From NCBI RefSeq assembly GCF_963921235.1, contig NC_086097.1:250978001-251042000 (forward strand): DNA of 64,000 nucleotides. Reading direction: 5' to 3'. A program made the position numbers and the translations under genes. The stretch's first letter is position 1, and every line of letters starts with the position of its first letter. Below are positions 23,490 through 37,498 of this stretch, piece after piece. The DNA is from Mobula hypostoma. Its lineage: Eukaryota. Below the pieces are notes generated by a model, which saw only the letters and a list, made by a program, of their open reading frames with translations, had not been told where the DNA came from and searched no databases.

Positions 23490-24025
23490 GAAACAAAGTT
23501 TGGAGTTTTGTGTGTAATTCTGGTCACCTACCAACAGGAAAGATATTAATTAAATTGAAAGATTACAGAGAAAATTTACAAGGATGTTGCCAGGACTTGA
23601 GGATCTGAGTTACAGAGAAATGCTGAGTAGGTTAGGGCTTCATTCCCGACCTGTAGAAGACTGAGGGGAGATTGGAGAGAGGTATTCAAAATTATGAGCA
23701 CTATAGATAGGCTAAATGCAAGCAGGATTTTTCCACAGAGGTTTGGTCAGACCAAAACTACGGATGATAGGTTAAGGGTGAAAGGTGAAATATTTAAGAT
23801 GAAACTGAGGGGGAACTTCTTCCCTCAGAGGGTGGTGAGAGTGTGTAAAAGCTGCCAGCGGAAGCAGAGGATGCAAATACAATTTCAACATTTAAGAGAA
23901 GTTTGGATAGGTACGTGAATGGAATGGTTATGGAGGGACTCTGGTCCAGGTGCAGATCGATGGGACTAGGCAGAATAAGTCGGCATGGACAAGATGGGTC
24001 AAAGGGTCTGTTTCTATTACTCTGT
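23490..24025 (+). mobile_element. CR1 LINE 3' fragment
   Basis: IDRLNASRIFP...RGNFFPQRVVRV; related copies at 49960-50445 (+) and 48330-48790 (-). Confidence 0.8.
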
Positions 24026-25894
24026 GGAATTTTGCACTGATCAACAATGAATAATGTTTGGCACATAGCTGGCAATATTTACTGCCGGAGAAGTAATTTA
24101 CAAAATGCCTGTGATAGATCATTCTGTGAATGGAATTTCTATCACCACCTGATACTGTAACAATATTTAATGTCTAATGCCTACTTATGTATAACCAATA
24201 GTCACCAAAACAAAGTACAATGTACATTTATTATCAAAGTATGTATATTGTTTATGACCTTGAGATTCATCTTCTTACAGACAGCCATAAAACAAAGAAA
24301 CACAATAGAATCCACAAAAAAACCCACACCAGAGACTGTCAAACATCAAATGTGCAACAAAGAGAACAAACCATGAAAACAATGAAAAAAGTAAACTAAC
24401 AATCCACAGAACCTGAACTACAGAGTCTCCGAAAGTGAATCCACAGCCACAGAGCCAGTTCAGGGCAGCAGCTGATCCAGGAGCCCGATGTCTGCAGGGC
24501 ACGGTCGCAAAGACAGTGCACAGTTGCAGCCAGTCCAGTAGCAGGACGGCTGCAGGACACAGCCGCAGACAGACTTAGCACTGAGGCAAGCCCAATGGCT
24601 ACTGACCACAACCGCAGAGTCAATTCAGCACACTACAGGCGTCTGGGCAAAGGAAGTTCACTCTTATAGAATTCCCAAATCACTACACTTAATACGTAAT
24701 CAAAAGGGATTAGATGCCCGTGCGAGAGGAGGCATGATGGCCGGTCAGTTCATGTGACCAACATTGGCTAGGTGAGGGTCAACACAAAGTATCAGAACCC
24801 GAGGGTAGATCAGAAGTATGGGAATTGAAGCCTGCCGGTCAAAGCCTGGAGAACGGAGGCTGGAGGCTGGATGCCCAGAGTTCTGTTCTACCCTTGGGGG
24901 ATCGTCCACGCACGTGGATGGGTGGGAGGGAGGGAAGGGGCTTGTTATCCTGTTGTCGTTTTGTTGCTTGTTGTGGTCTGTTTTGCTGTGCTCTGAGTTG
25001 CTTTGCCAAGTATAGTGAGCCCGCTATCCCGCCGCTGGAATGTTTGGTGACATTTGCAGGCTGCCTCCAGCACATCCTTTGGTTGTGTCGGCTGTTAATG
25101 AAAATAACACATTTCACTGTGTATTTCAATGATTGTTTAAGAATTTATTCTGATTTATCATAAAAGAATTTTGTCACCAATCACTATGAGAGACCTTACT
25201 CCGTTAGGGAACAGAAATAAAGACAAAGACCTCGGTATACGGTTAACCCTTTTATTACGTGATCATGGGGAGCTGTCGTCTTATGACTCTGATGTTGTCA
25301 AGTTACATCTTAGATTTAAACGGTAAATTTTGGGCAATACTCAACAGCTAAACATACTTGATCAGAGATTTCCAAAGCACTTGCTAGGTATCAGCAAGTT
25401 TGCTAACGTTCCTGTGTGATGCACAAAATCAGAGATACATGTCCACAGTTAGTTCCTCTATTTGCAACTTGCTAGACAATCTCGGAAAAAGGTTAACAAT
25501 ACCTCATTGCTGGCATGATCTATGTCTGGCTGTTGTTAGCTCGCACAAGCAGGGCAGTGTCTGCCTCTTATCCCGTCACCCTCATGACCCAGGGATTGAG
25601 CAAGATCCAGCTAGTCAAGCTTGACAACAACATTTAATTCAAAATTAATCTTAACTTTATAATTTTCTTCCACAGTGATAAATTAATCTGAATCTCAGTT
25701 GCCTGTAATTCTGAGTGCCTTCTTTACCTCAAAAGTTCTAAAGAACTTCACAGCTAATATTATAATTTGAAGTGTCACATGTCATGTTGGACAGACTGTG
25801 CACAATTTTCCATGCCTCTCCATCACCATTACAATCTGTCGAGCAATGCTTCAGCATCCTGGGATCTTCCATCATACTTTAATCCATTTGTGTC

Positions 25895-27255
25895 CACACA
25901 CAAAATCCTGGCAGAACTCAGCAGGCCAGGCAGCCTCTATGGAGATGAACAAGCAGTCACTGTTTCGGGCCGAGACCCTTCATCTGGACTGGGAAGAGAG
26001 CGAGAAGAAGCCAGATGAGAAGGTGGGGGAAGGGGAAGGAGTTAAGTCTGGGTAAGCACATGGGCAAATAGTCAGAGGCCAGCAGAGATCATAGAATGGA
26101 GCAGTGGGAGAGGATCTCGCTGAATTCACACCAAAGAGAAGATTTAAACTTCTTTGTGGCAGGCATCCCTCAAAGAGACTTCACAGTGGAGTGGCAGATC
26201 ATAAACACAGGAGCTTCTGCAGATGCTGGAAATCAGCGTAACACACACAAAATGCTGGAGGAACTCAGTAGGTCAGGCGGGGAATAAGTGGTCAACATTT
26301 CAGACCCAGACCCTTCATCAGGACTGGAAAGGAACAGAGAAGAAACTAGAATAAGAAGGTGGGGGGAGGGGAAAGGGTCAAGTCTCAGAGAGAAGATAAT
26401 AATCCCTTCTGTTTATTCTCTGTGTTCGCAATATTAGCACTGCAGATGGGCCCATCATTTAGTCACATTTCATTAATGGAACATATACATCAAAAGAAGT
26501 TGCATTTCCAGGGTGTCTTCTTCAGTTCAAAATTTCCAAAGAAAATATCATAGACTTGAAGTATAGTGTCATGAGCAGTGTTGAGGGTTATAGTTTTTAT
26601 AGAAGCAACCAGAAGTATAGAAAGTCAGAAGGAATAACACAGAAAATGTTGGCAGAATTCAGCAAGTCAGGAAGCATCTATGGAAGGGAATACACAGTTG
26701 GCATTTCAGGCCAAGACCCTTCACCAGGACTGGAAAGGAAGGGGGAAGAAACCAGAATAAGAAGGTTGGAGGAGGGGGAGAATAAGCGAGAAGATGGTAG
26801 ATGAAGCTAGATGGATGGGAGAGGGTGATGAAGTAAAAAGCTGGGAGGTGATCGGTGGAAAAGGCAAAGGAATGGACAAGACAGAATCTGAGAGTGGGTG
26901 GTGGGGGGGGGAGTGTATCATAGAGCAGGAAGGAGAAGTGGCACCGGAGGGAGGTGATAGGTAGGGGAGGAGTAAAGGTAAGAAACCAAAGTGGAGATAT
27001 GAAGAAGAGGGAAAGGGGAAAGGGAAAATTACCAGATGCTGGAGAAATCAATATTTATGCCATCAGGTTGGAGGCTACCTAGACAGAATATGAGGTATTG
27101 CTCCTCCACCCTGAGAGTGGCCTCACTGTGGCTAAAGAGGAGACCATGGACCAAAATGTCGGAAAAGGAATGGGAATTGGAATTGAAATGGTTGACCACC
27201 GAGAAATTCCACTTTTAAGGATGGAGCTGAGGTGCTTGACAAAGCAGTCCCCTTA
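25895..27255 (-). mobile_element. Cluster of three Penelope-like 3' ends; the last retains the GIY-YIG C-terminus
   Basis: Minus-strand VVNHFNSNSHSFSDILVHGLL...EATLRVEEQYLIFCLGSLQPDGINIDFS at ~27040-27200; degenerate CTGATGA..GAAA motifs at ~25960-25990, ~26295-26325 and ~26700-26730. Confidence 0.75.
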
Positions 27256-28049
27256 ATAATAGACTCCAACATCTTCCCAAGCACTGAACAAGACAAGCAC
27301 ATATTTTAAAAAGGAAAGTGAAATAGGAAGAAAAGAAATTACTGGGTCAAAACAAATAGTAGGAGGAATTAAGTTTGAGGTCTGCGAGATGAGAAAGAAA
27401 ACAGAATGAAAGGCAAAAATATATTCATTTCTTAAAAGATAATACTTCAAAAATAAAATTAGCAATAACGTAATATAAATTACTTTTCTGTGGACCACAG
27501 AATCCAGGGAGATTTGGTAGAAATAGTGTAATTAGTGATTGGCGTAACAGGCTTTTGATGGTTGGCATGGAATCAGTGGGACAAAGGGGCTGTTTCTGCA
27601 CTCTATGATACAGCTTCTGCATGACAACAAGCTGAAGCAAGACCGCTTCCTGGCTAACTTCAACGATTTAACTCAAAGGACTTTAGGTTACTTATTGCAT
27701 AAAAGTGAAAAAAATTCTGTAACCTATTTGTCTGTTAGCATGTCTGGAGCAATAAACAATAAGTTCAAGGGCAGATGGATTTCTGCTTACAATGGGGGGG
27801 GGGGGGGCGGGGAGAGACGAGTACTACTGTCCTGACCCCAGGAACGGAGAAAGTGAACAGTGCATTTCCTTTCATTATAACAATTAACCTGAAGCAATAA
27901 CATCTACTATGCTAACTTTTTTCTTCTTCTGTCGAGGCATGCTGCCTATACAACTGAGTAGCTCTAACAAATTTTCATTTTTATTTTATACAGCATCCTC
28001 AGGCTTGCGTCCTGGGCCAAGCATTTAAGTGCAATTATCAATAAAGCAC

Positions 28050-28690
28050 AGCAGTGCCTCTAAAACTTTGCCAAACTTCTACAGATGTGTGCTGGATAGT
28101 ATATTGACTGGCTGTATCATGGCCTGGTATGGAAACGCCAGTGCCTTTGAATGGAAAGACTTACAAAATGTAGTGGATATGGCTCAGTCCATCACAGGGA
28201 AAGCCCTCCCCACCATTGAGCACATCTACATGAAACACTATCATAGTTAAGAAGTATAAATTAACAAGGACACCCACCACCCAGATCATGCTCTCTTCTT
28301 GCTGCTGCCATCAGGAAGAAGGCACAGGAGCCTCAGGACTCACACCACCAGGTTCAGGAACAGTTATTACCCCTCAACCATCCGGCACTTGAACCAGAGG
28401 GGATAGCTACACTCATCCCAACATTGAATTCATTCCACAACCTATCAACTCATTTTTGAGGACTCTTGATATTTATTGCTTACTTATTTATTATTACTTT
28501 TTTTCTTTTTGTATTTACATAGTTTGTTGTCTTTTGCACATTAGTTGTTTGCCTGTCCTGTTGGTGTGGTCTTTTATTGGTTCTATTATGGTTCTTGTAT
28601 TTACTGTGAATACCCTCAAGAAAACAAATCTCAAGGTTGTATACGGTGACTTACGTATATGTATTTTGATAATAAATTTACTTTGAACTT
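28050..28690 (+). mobile_element. Rex1/Babar LINE 3' fragment
   Basis: SKTLPNFYRCVLDSILTGCIMAWYGN; aataaatttactttgaacttt tail. Confidence 0.8.
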
Positions 28691-30919
28691 TTAAGCCTCT
28701 TTGTTGGCTTTCCAGAAAGTATTTCTAGTATGAAAGCATTTTATACATTTTGCAATAAAATTTGTCTTCCTGGAATATTAAGGAATCTAATTGTAAAATG
28801 AAAGGCAATATAGATCAGAGAGGAATTGGCGACTAAATGTATAATTTCCAGTCATTTATACCTTCTTTATTGAAATACATGCTCTTCTACTCCGTATAGG
28901 GCCAAGTGCCAAGGGTGACATGTTAGCGTAGCAGTCAGCATATGGCTTTTCAGTCCCACCGTATCAGAAGATTGGAGTTCAATTCCCGCCACCATCTGTG
29001 ATGAGTTTGTATCTTCTCCCCACGACCACGCGGATCTCTTCAGGGTGCTTCAGTTTGCTCCCACGTTCAGAAAGACGCACAGGTTCATCACCATCATTAT
29101 GTGCCATGTCATATGAGATGGAGGTCGTGGTCAGCGACCATTATTGTTCTTGTAAAACTTTTCTACAGTAGTGGTTTGCCATTGCCTTCTGGGCAGTGTC
29201 TTTACAAGACAGATTACCCCAACCATTATCAATACTCTTCAGAGATTGTCTGTCCGGTGTCAGTGGTTGCATAACCAGGACTTGTGATACACCCCAGTTG
29301 CTCATACGACCATCCGCCACCTGCTCCCATGGCTTCATATGACCCTAATTGCCCAAGGGTGACCTGCAGGCTAGTGGGGGAAAGGAGCACCTTACACCTC
29401 CTTTGGTAGAGACATATCTTTACCCTGCCACCCAAAGGACCAGACAGGATTGGTAAATTGTGGGCGTGTGCTGTTGAAGTATGACGACACTTGCAGCTGA
29501 TGCAGAAACATGCAAACTGTGTTGGTCGTTGAAGCAAACAACTCATTTCACTGTTTCAATGTACACATGAGAAATTAAAACTAGTCCTTAAATCTTCAAA
29601 ATGCCAGGGAGATTATTCTGATGATCAGACAATGTAACTACTATCAGTCCACAAAATACTAAATAACAATATAAATGAAAGTGGGGACATTGATAATGGA
29701 TGATAAGTGATGATAACAAAGAAAACAGCCTGAGTCTGATTCTCCGTTCCATGTTCGATGGCCAGCGACGTGAGTTTGTGGGATGCTTGGCTGGAGAAAG
29801 TGGACGATATCCCCCCCATATCTCAGCCAGCTATTGGCAGGAGGAAGGAGTTCCGATGACCCCTTGGGTTCGGGAGTCGGTGAGAACGGAGTCCAAGACC
29901 CGGTGTTTGGTGATCAGTGTGACCTAGGATCGATGCCAAGAAGTGAGGCCTGAAGATGAAGTCCGGGTGTCAAGGGTGCGTTGGCCAGAGCCAAGTCTGC
30001 AAATCTCTGTAAGTCTGCAGGGGGAGGGTTTCGAAGCCTAGTGTCTACAGGCCACAGTCCACAGTCCAAGTCTGCTGGAGGCTGAAACTGGGGGGAAAGG
30101 ACTGTGGATGTGGTGGATGGGAAGGAGGAAAGGGGTTTGTTTTGTTGTTGTTGTTTCATTGCTTGATCCGTTCTGTGTTGTTCTCCTGAAAATTGTGGAC
30201 ATGCTATGTTGGTGCTGGAATGTGTGGCGACACTTGGAGGCTGCACCCAGTGCATCATTTGGTTCTATTGGTTGTTAACACAGACAACATACATATTTCA
30301 CTAAATGTTTTGATGTCGCGTGAGAAATAAACCTGAATCTTGAATTGGTATGATTGAATAAATAATTGATTAAATAATCTTGAATCTTGAATAGTGCTTC
30401 CAGCGCTAATCTGACCACAATAAAATAAGTGAATCTTCTAGAACAATTCATTACGGCTGTTGAAATCCTCTATATAATGAATATCAAATTCCTTATATCA
30501 GGTTGCCTAACATTACCAAATCCAAGACTGGAAATGAAAGTGCAAACTTCAACTTTCACTAATTTAGCCAAGAGAATTCAGGTTTAGAACTCAGGTCCAG
30601 ATCTCAGATGTTTAGGCAACATCCATGAAGAGATAAAAGAAAATGAATCAACATTGTAAATGTTATCATGACATTAGAATGCCAATATAATGAACTATCT
30701 GACACTAAGGACCCCCATCACCCAGGACATGTTCTCTTCTCATTGCTACCATCAAGGGTGCGGTACAGGAGTCTGAAAACACACACCCAATGATTCAGGA
30801 ACAGCTTCTATCCCTCCACTATCAGCTTTCTGAATGGACAATGAACCAATGTACACTATCTCACTATTTTTTGTTCTCTTTTTGCATTACTAATTTAATT
30901 TAATTTTTATATATATACA

Positions 30920-31997
30920 CAGTGGATTCAGGTTAATTGGGACACCTTGGGGCCAGTACATTCTGGCTGCTGTCCCAATTAGCTGAAGCTTCATGAAAAT
31001 AGTTAAAAAGGTATAAAAAAAGACAAACTACCATTTAAGTGAGTAACAAACTATGTATTAAAATGAAATACAGATCAAATTAAAACACTACCAATACTAC
31101 TACAGTACTATAAAACTGTATTAGTTCCTAATAGTTATCGACAGAGGAATAAGTCATTCCTGCCTGTGGCCATCAAACTTTACAACTCCTCCCTTGGAAG
31201 GTCAGACACCCTGAGCCAATAGGCTGGTCCTGGACTTATTTCATAATTTACATATTACTATTTAACTATTTATGCTTCTATTACTATTTATTATTTATGG
31301 TACAACTGTAACTAAAACCAATTTCCCCTGGGATCAATAAAGTATGACTATTACTATGACTATGACTATGTATGCTGTCGTGTTCTTTTATCTGTAAATG
31401 AACAAAATCAACACAGACATCTCTTGCAGATAATGGACTGCCTTCATACAATGCTTTTGACATCATTGTCCAAGTCTTTATTTTCATTGTAACACTCAAG
31501 ATGATTGCTGATAACTTCAAATTCTTCATAATTCATAGTCATAGTCATAGTAATACTCTATTGATCCCCGGGGAAATCGGTTAAATTCCTAACTTGTTTA
31601 AGTAGTGAAATCATTTCATTTTCACTCCTAGCCATTTCTGGCATCTGCAAACCTGAATGCTTGTAACTGCAGTGAGCAAAACAATTCTGAATTGTCCTAC
31701 TGCTTATTTCTTGTTGACTATCAGTGACAAATATCACTGCTTTTAGAACACAAATACAAGCAACTGACATTAATTAAAAAGTGTTTGCTTTAAGCACGCT
31801 ATAGTGATTAATGGCCACACAAGTGCACACAACTGACGTGACTTAGAAACTGTTCAACAACAGTCTCCTGTCCCAATTAAGCAGCATAGTGTCCCAAATA
31901 AACAAAGCGAATCCCAGCTATTTTCTCGCTTAGTTTTTGCTCTTTAAGACCCAAGTAAGCAGCTGCTGCTAATAGTCCAATTAACCAGTATCCTCTG
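30920..31997 (-). mobile_element. Non-autonomous pogo/Tigger-type DNA transposon (copy 2), with Rex1-like 3' fragments inserted at ~31150-31370 and ~31533-31582
   Basis: TIRs cagtggattcaggttaattgg ... ccaattaaccagtatcctctg-TA; KAVIFVTDSQQEISSRTIQNCFAHCSYK remnant; reverse-complement homolog of 8136-9011. Confidence 0.82.
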
Positions 31998-32654
31998 TAT
32001 ATAATTTTTATTATAATTTATAGTATTTTTATTGTATACGGCTGTGTACTGCGGCTGTAAAACGACAAATTTCGCTAGATATGCCAGTGATATTAAACCT
32101 GATTCTGATTCAGTGAGAAATGGAAGCCGCGGGTTCTTCATTCTTTGATTGGGTTCTATGGTCTTCATTTGGAGCTGGATATCCAGGGGGATAATCTGAA
32201 ATCTGATCCCAATGCCAAGTGCTCCATGGGAGTTATATGCTTAGCTTTATCCCCATGGGAGGATGAATGGCCCTTGAAAAAGAGACGGCCTTGTGTTCTT
32301 TGTCTTCTTTGTCTGCCTTTCATTAGCTTTCAGCAGAGGTTGAGGGAGGTCACTGAGTTTCTGAAGCCTGCTCTGCTTTGGCTTTTTCAAAGGTTTTGAT
32401 AAATTCTGCAGGGTAGAGAATTCTGCTCCACCAACGTTCACAAACATTAACTGCACCAACTCTCGGTTCTCTATGCTGGATTAAAAATGTGAAAAGGACA
32501 TTAAACTGGGGTGAAATACTTTTAAATGTAATTTTCCCTCTGCTTAACAGTTTAATCACAAAAGATTTCCCTGCAACACACAAAAACTGAAGAAAACAAA
32601 TAAAAGCACAAGATCAAGAGCTGTGATGTAGATATTTTATTTTTATTTTATTTT

Positions 32655-33385
32655 ATGTCATCTGCAGCTCAACATCAGTGAGATGAAGAAGATGGAGACA
32701 GACTTTAGGAAGACTAAGCTTGCATTGCTCCCTGTTATTATTGATGGTGAGGATGTGGATGTGCTGAGGACTTACAAGTACCTGGGGGTGCACATGGATA
32801 ACGAACTTGAGTGAAGCACCAACACAGAGACTGTGTACAGGAAGGGCCAGAGTCCCTCGATTTCCTGAGGAGACTGAGGTCCCTTGGAGTACGCAGGCCT
32901 CTCCTTCACATGTTCTACCAGTCTGTTGTCGCCAGTACAACCTTCTATGCAGTGGTGTGCTGGAGCAATGGCATCAACACGGGTGATGCCAACATGCTCA
33001 ATAAACTGATTAGAAAGACTGGCTTTTATTATAGGTGTCAAACTGGACACACTGGAGGCTGTGGTAGAACAAAGGATCCTATAGAAATTCCTGGCACTTC
33101 TGGACAATGTTTCTCGTCCACTGTGTGCCACCTTCGTTGAACAGAGGAGCACTTTTTATAATAGACTAAGACAACTGTGTGCTCCAAAGATCACTATTTG
33201 AGGTCATTCTTACCCCTGGCCTCTATGATGAGTCAACCTATAGTTGTGATGACCTCCTCCTGTTAGACTGTTTGAGGTAACTTATTTTTTATTCTTGCTA
33301 CTCTTCTAATATTTATATCTGTGCACTTTGTAATGCTACTCTGACATTGTAATTTCCTTTGGGATCAATAAAGTATCTATCTATT
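32655..33385 (+). mobile_element. Rex1/Babar LINE 3' fragment
   Basis: YKYLGVHMD, FLRRLRSLGV..LLHMFYQSVVAS; gggatcaataaagtatctatct tail. Confidence 0.8.
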
Positions 33386-33451
33386 GAGATACAGCACCTT
33401 CTGGCTCTTTGAGCTGCACAGCACAGCAATCCCCTGATCTAATCCCAGCCT

Positions 33452-34025
33452 AGGAGTGGTAGTGGGGACAAGCTCCCACTACCTAAAAGTGCTCCTCGCG
33501 GCATGCATCTCAAACAGCCTCTGACAACCAAGTCCAACTCCTGGCCTTCTCGTGTGGCTTAGCCTCTAAGCCCGGTGGAACCGTTTCTACTGACAGGAGA
33601 AGGGGCGAAGGTGGGTCCTGGCGCCTTAAAACCAGTGCTTCGGGTAGATGGAGCTCGTCAGCCTGGGAAGGCAGTCCATCTGAGAGAGGGAAAACTCTGA
33701 TTTCAAACCTCCACTGCCTTGCGGCCATACCCACTCACGGGAAAGGCTTCGGGAGTAAACCCTGAGGACAAATCCGGAGCTGGAGTCCCTAAGGCAGTCC
33801 GACGTTACCTTCAACCTTGTTCTGGCAACTCCTGCGACGACACTGGTGCCAAGCTGTATCGGCCCTTGCCCTTCCCTTGAACAACGTCAGTGTCGTGGAG
33901 AGGGGAGACTTGCTGCATGGGCAACTGCAAGTCTTCCGTACAACCTTGCCCAGGCCTGCCCCCTGGAGAGGACACTGAGACTTTCCAGGCGCAGATCCAT
34001 AGTCTTGTGAGACTAACGGATGCCA
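33452..34025 (+). mobile_element. Non-autonomous, probably RTE-associated repeat inserted in an antisense SINE
   Basis: 5' hairpin GGTAGTGGGgacaagctCCCACTACC; flanking SINE (aatcccagccta ... atcacaggacaatttacaatg) is continuous across it. Confidence 0.7.
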
Positions 34026-34735
34026 CCACAATCACAGGACAATTTACAATGACCAATTAACCTACTAACCGGTACCTCTTTGGACAATGGGAGGAAACCG
34101 GAGAACCTGAAGAAACCCATGCGTTGCAGGAAATGAGTGCCATTGCTATTACAAAGGAAAAATAGTGCTAGGCAAACTCAAAGGTGTTAAAGTGGATGTC
34201 ACCTGGACCAGATGGACTATACTCTACAGTTCTGAATATACAGATATCATATATTTATAGACTATATATTTTAATATATAGTATTTCTATTTTTTGCATG
34301 ATTTTTAATCTATTCAATATACGTATACTGTATAAAGTATACTGAATAAGATTTACTTATTTTTTTCTTCTATATTGTTTATTGCATTGAACTGCTGCTG
34401 CTAAGTTAAAAAATTTCACGTCACATGCCAGTGATAATAAACCTGATTCTGAAAGAGATTGCTGAAGAGATAGCAGATGCATTCATATTGCTCTTTCAAG
34501 AATCACTTGATTCTGGCATGGTTCCAGAGGACTGGAAAATTGCAAATGTCACTCTGCTCTTTAAGAAGGGAGGAAGGCAAAAGAAAGGAAATTATAGGCC
34601 AGTTAGCTTAACCTCAGTGGTTGGGAAAGTGTTGGAGTCCATCTTGTCTGGCAAATCTGTTAAGAGTTCTTCGAGGAAGTAACAAGCAGGGTGGACAAAG
34701 GGGAAGCAGTGGATGTCATTTACTTGGATTTTCAG

Positions 34736-36832
34736 AACATAGAATAGCACAGCACAGTACAGGCCCTTCGGCCAACAATGTTGTGCCGACCCTCAAACCC
34801 TGCCTCCCATATAAGCCCCCACCTTAAATTCCTCCATATACCTGTCTAGTAGTCTCTTAAACTTCACTAGTGTATCTGCCTCCACCACTGACTCAGGCAG
34901 TGCATTCCACACACCAACCACTCTCTGAGTAAAAAACCTTCCTCTAATATCCCCCTTGAACTTCCCACCCCTTACCTTAAAGTCATGTCCTCTTGTATTG
35001 AGCAGTGGTGCCCTGGGGAAGAGGTGCTGGCTATCCACTCTATCTATTCCTCTTATTATCTTGTACACCTCTATCATGTCTCTTCTCATCCTCCTTCTCT
35101 CCAAAGAGTAAAGCCCTAGCTCCCTTAATCTCTGATCATAATGCATACGCTCTAAAGCAGGCAGCATCCTGGTAAATCTCCTCTGTACCCTTTCCAATGC
35201 TTCTACATCCTTCCTATGGTGAGGCAACCAGAACTGGACACAGTACTCCAAGTGTGGCCTAACCGGAGTTTTATAGAACTGCATCATTACATCGTGACTC
35301 TTAAACTCTATCCCTCGACTTATGAATGCTAACACCCCATAAGCTTTCTTAACTACCCTATCCACCTGTGAGGCAACTTTTAGGGATCTATGGACATCTA
35401 CCCCGAGATCCCTCTGCTCCTCCACACTACCAAGTATCCTGCCATTTACTTTGTACTCTGCCTTGGAGTTTGTCCTTCCAAAGTGTACCACCTCACACTT
35501 CTCCGGGTTGAACTCCATCTGCCACTTCTGCATCCTATCAATGTCTCTCTGCAATCTTCGACAATCCTCTACACTATCTACAACACTACCAACCTTTGTG
35601 TCATCTGCAAACTTGCCAGTCCATCCTTCTACCCCCACATCAAGGTCGTTAATAAAAATCACGAAAAGTAGAGGTCCCAGAACAGATCCTTGTGGGACAC
35701 CACTAGTCACAATCCTCCAATCTGAATGTACTCCCTCCACCACCACCCTCTGCCTTCTGCAGGCAAGCCAATTCTGAATCTACCCGGCCAAACTTCCCTG
35801 GATCCCATGCCTTCTGACTTTCTGAATAAGCCTACCATGTGGAACCTTGTCAAATGCCTTACTAAAATCCATATAGATCACATCCACTGCACTACCCTCA
35901 TCTATGTGCCTGGTCACCTCCTCAAAGAACTCTATCAGGCTTGTTAGGCACGATCTGCCCTTCACAAAGCCATGCTGACTGTCCCTGATCAGACCATGAT
36001 TCTCTAAATGCCCAGAGATCCTATCTCTAAGAATCTTTTCCAACAGCTTTCCCACCACAGACGTAAGGCTCACTGGTCTATAATTACCCGGACTATCCCT
36101 ACTACATTTTTTGAACAAGGGGACAACATTCGCCTCCCTCCAATCCTCTGGTACCATTCCCGTGGACAACAAGGACATCAAGATCCTAGCCAGGGGCTCA
36201 GCAATCTCTTACCTCGCCTCGTGAAGCAGCCTGGGGAATATTCCGTCAGGCCCTGGTGACTTATCCGTCCTAATGTATTTTAACAACTCTAACACCTCCT
36301 CTCCCTTAGTATCAGCATGCTCCAGAACATCAACCTCACTCATATTGTCCTCACCATCATCAAGTTCCCTCTCATTGGTGAATACCGAAGAGAAGTATCA
36401 TTGAGGACCTTGCTCACTTCCACAGCCTCCAGGCTCATCTTCCCACCTTTAACTCTAATCGGTCCTACCTTCACGTCTGTCATCCTTTTGTTCTTCACAT
36501 AATTGAAGAATGCCTTGGGGTTTTCTTTTACCCTACTCACCAAGGCCTTCTCATGCTCCCTTCTTGATCTTCTCAGCCCCTTCTTAAGCTCCTTTCTTGC
36601 TTCCCTATATTCTTCAATAGACCCATCTGATCCTTGCTTCCTAAACCTCATGTATGCTCCACCTGACTAGATTTTCCACCTCACTTGTCACCCATGGTTC
36701 TTTCACCCTACCATTCTTTATCTTCCTCACTGGGACAAATTTATCCCTAACATCCTGCAAGAGATCTCTAAACATCGACCACATGTCCATAGTACATTTC
36801 CCTGCAAAAACATCATCCCAATTCACACCCAC
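34736..36832 (-). mobile_element. CR1 LINE, 5'-truncated
   Basis: ORFs 34793-35746, 35780-36181 and 36340-36651 with RT motifs (KFADDTK); same subfamily as 58011-59740. Confidence 0.95.
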
Positions 36833-37498
36833 AAGAAGGTGTTTGATAAGGTGCCACGCATGAGGCAGCTTAACAAGATAAAATCCTAAGGCATTACAGG
36901 AACAATACTGGCATGGATAGAGGAATGGCTGACAGCCAGGAGGCAGTAAATGGAATAAAAGGTGCCTTTTCTGTTTGGCTGCTGGTGACTAGTGGTGTTC
37001 CTCAGGGGTCAGTATTGGGACCAGTTCTTTTCACATTGTTTGTCGATGATTTAGATAATGGAATTGATAGCTTTGTGGCAAAGTCTGTGGATGATACGAA
37101 GATAGATGGAGGGGCAGGTAGCGCTGAGGAAACATTGTGATTGCAGCAGGACTTAGACAAATTGGAAGAATGGGCAAAAAAGTGGCAGATGAAATAGTGT
37201 TGGGAAATGTATGATAATGCATTTTGGTAAAAGGAACAATGATGGAGACTATTATCTAAATGGGGAGAAAATTTAAACATCAAAAGGTGCAGAAGGTCTT
37301 AGGAGTTCTTGTGCCCAACTCCCAGAAGGTTAATTTACAGGTTGAGACCATGGCAAAGAAGGCAAATGCAATGTTGGCATTTATTTCAAGGGGAATAGAA
37401 TATAAAAGCAAGGAGATAGTGCTAAGGCTTTATAAGACATTAGTCAGGCTGCATTTGGAGTATTGTCAACAGTTTTGGGCCCGATATCTCAGAAAGGA

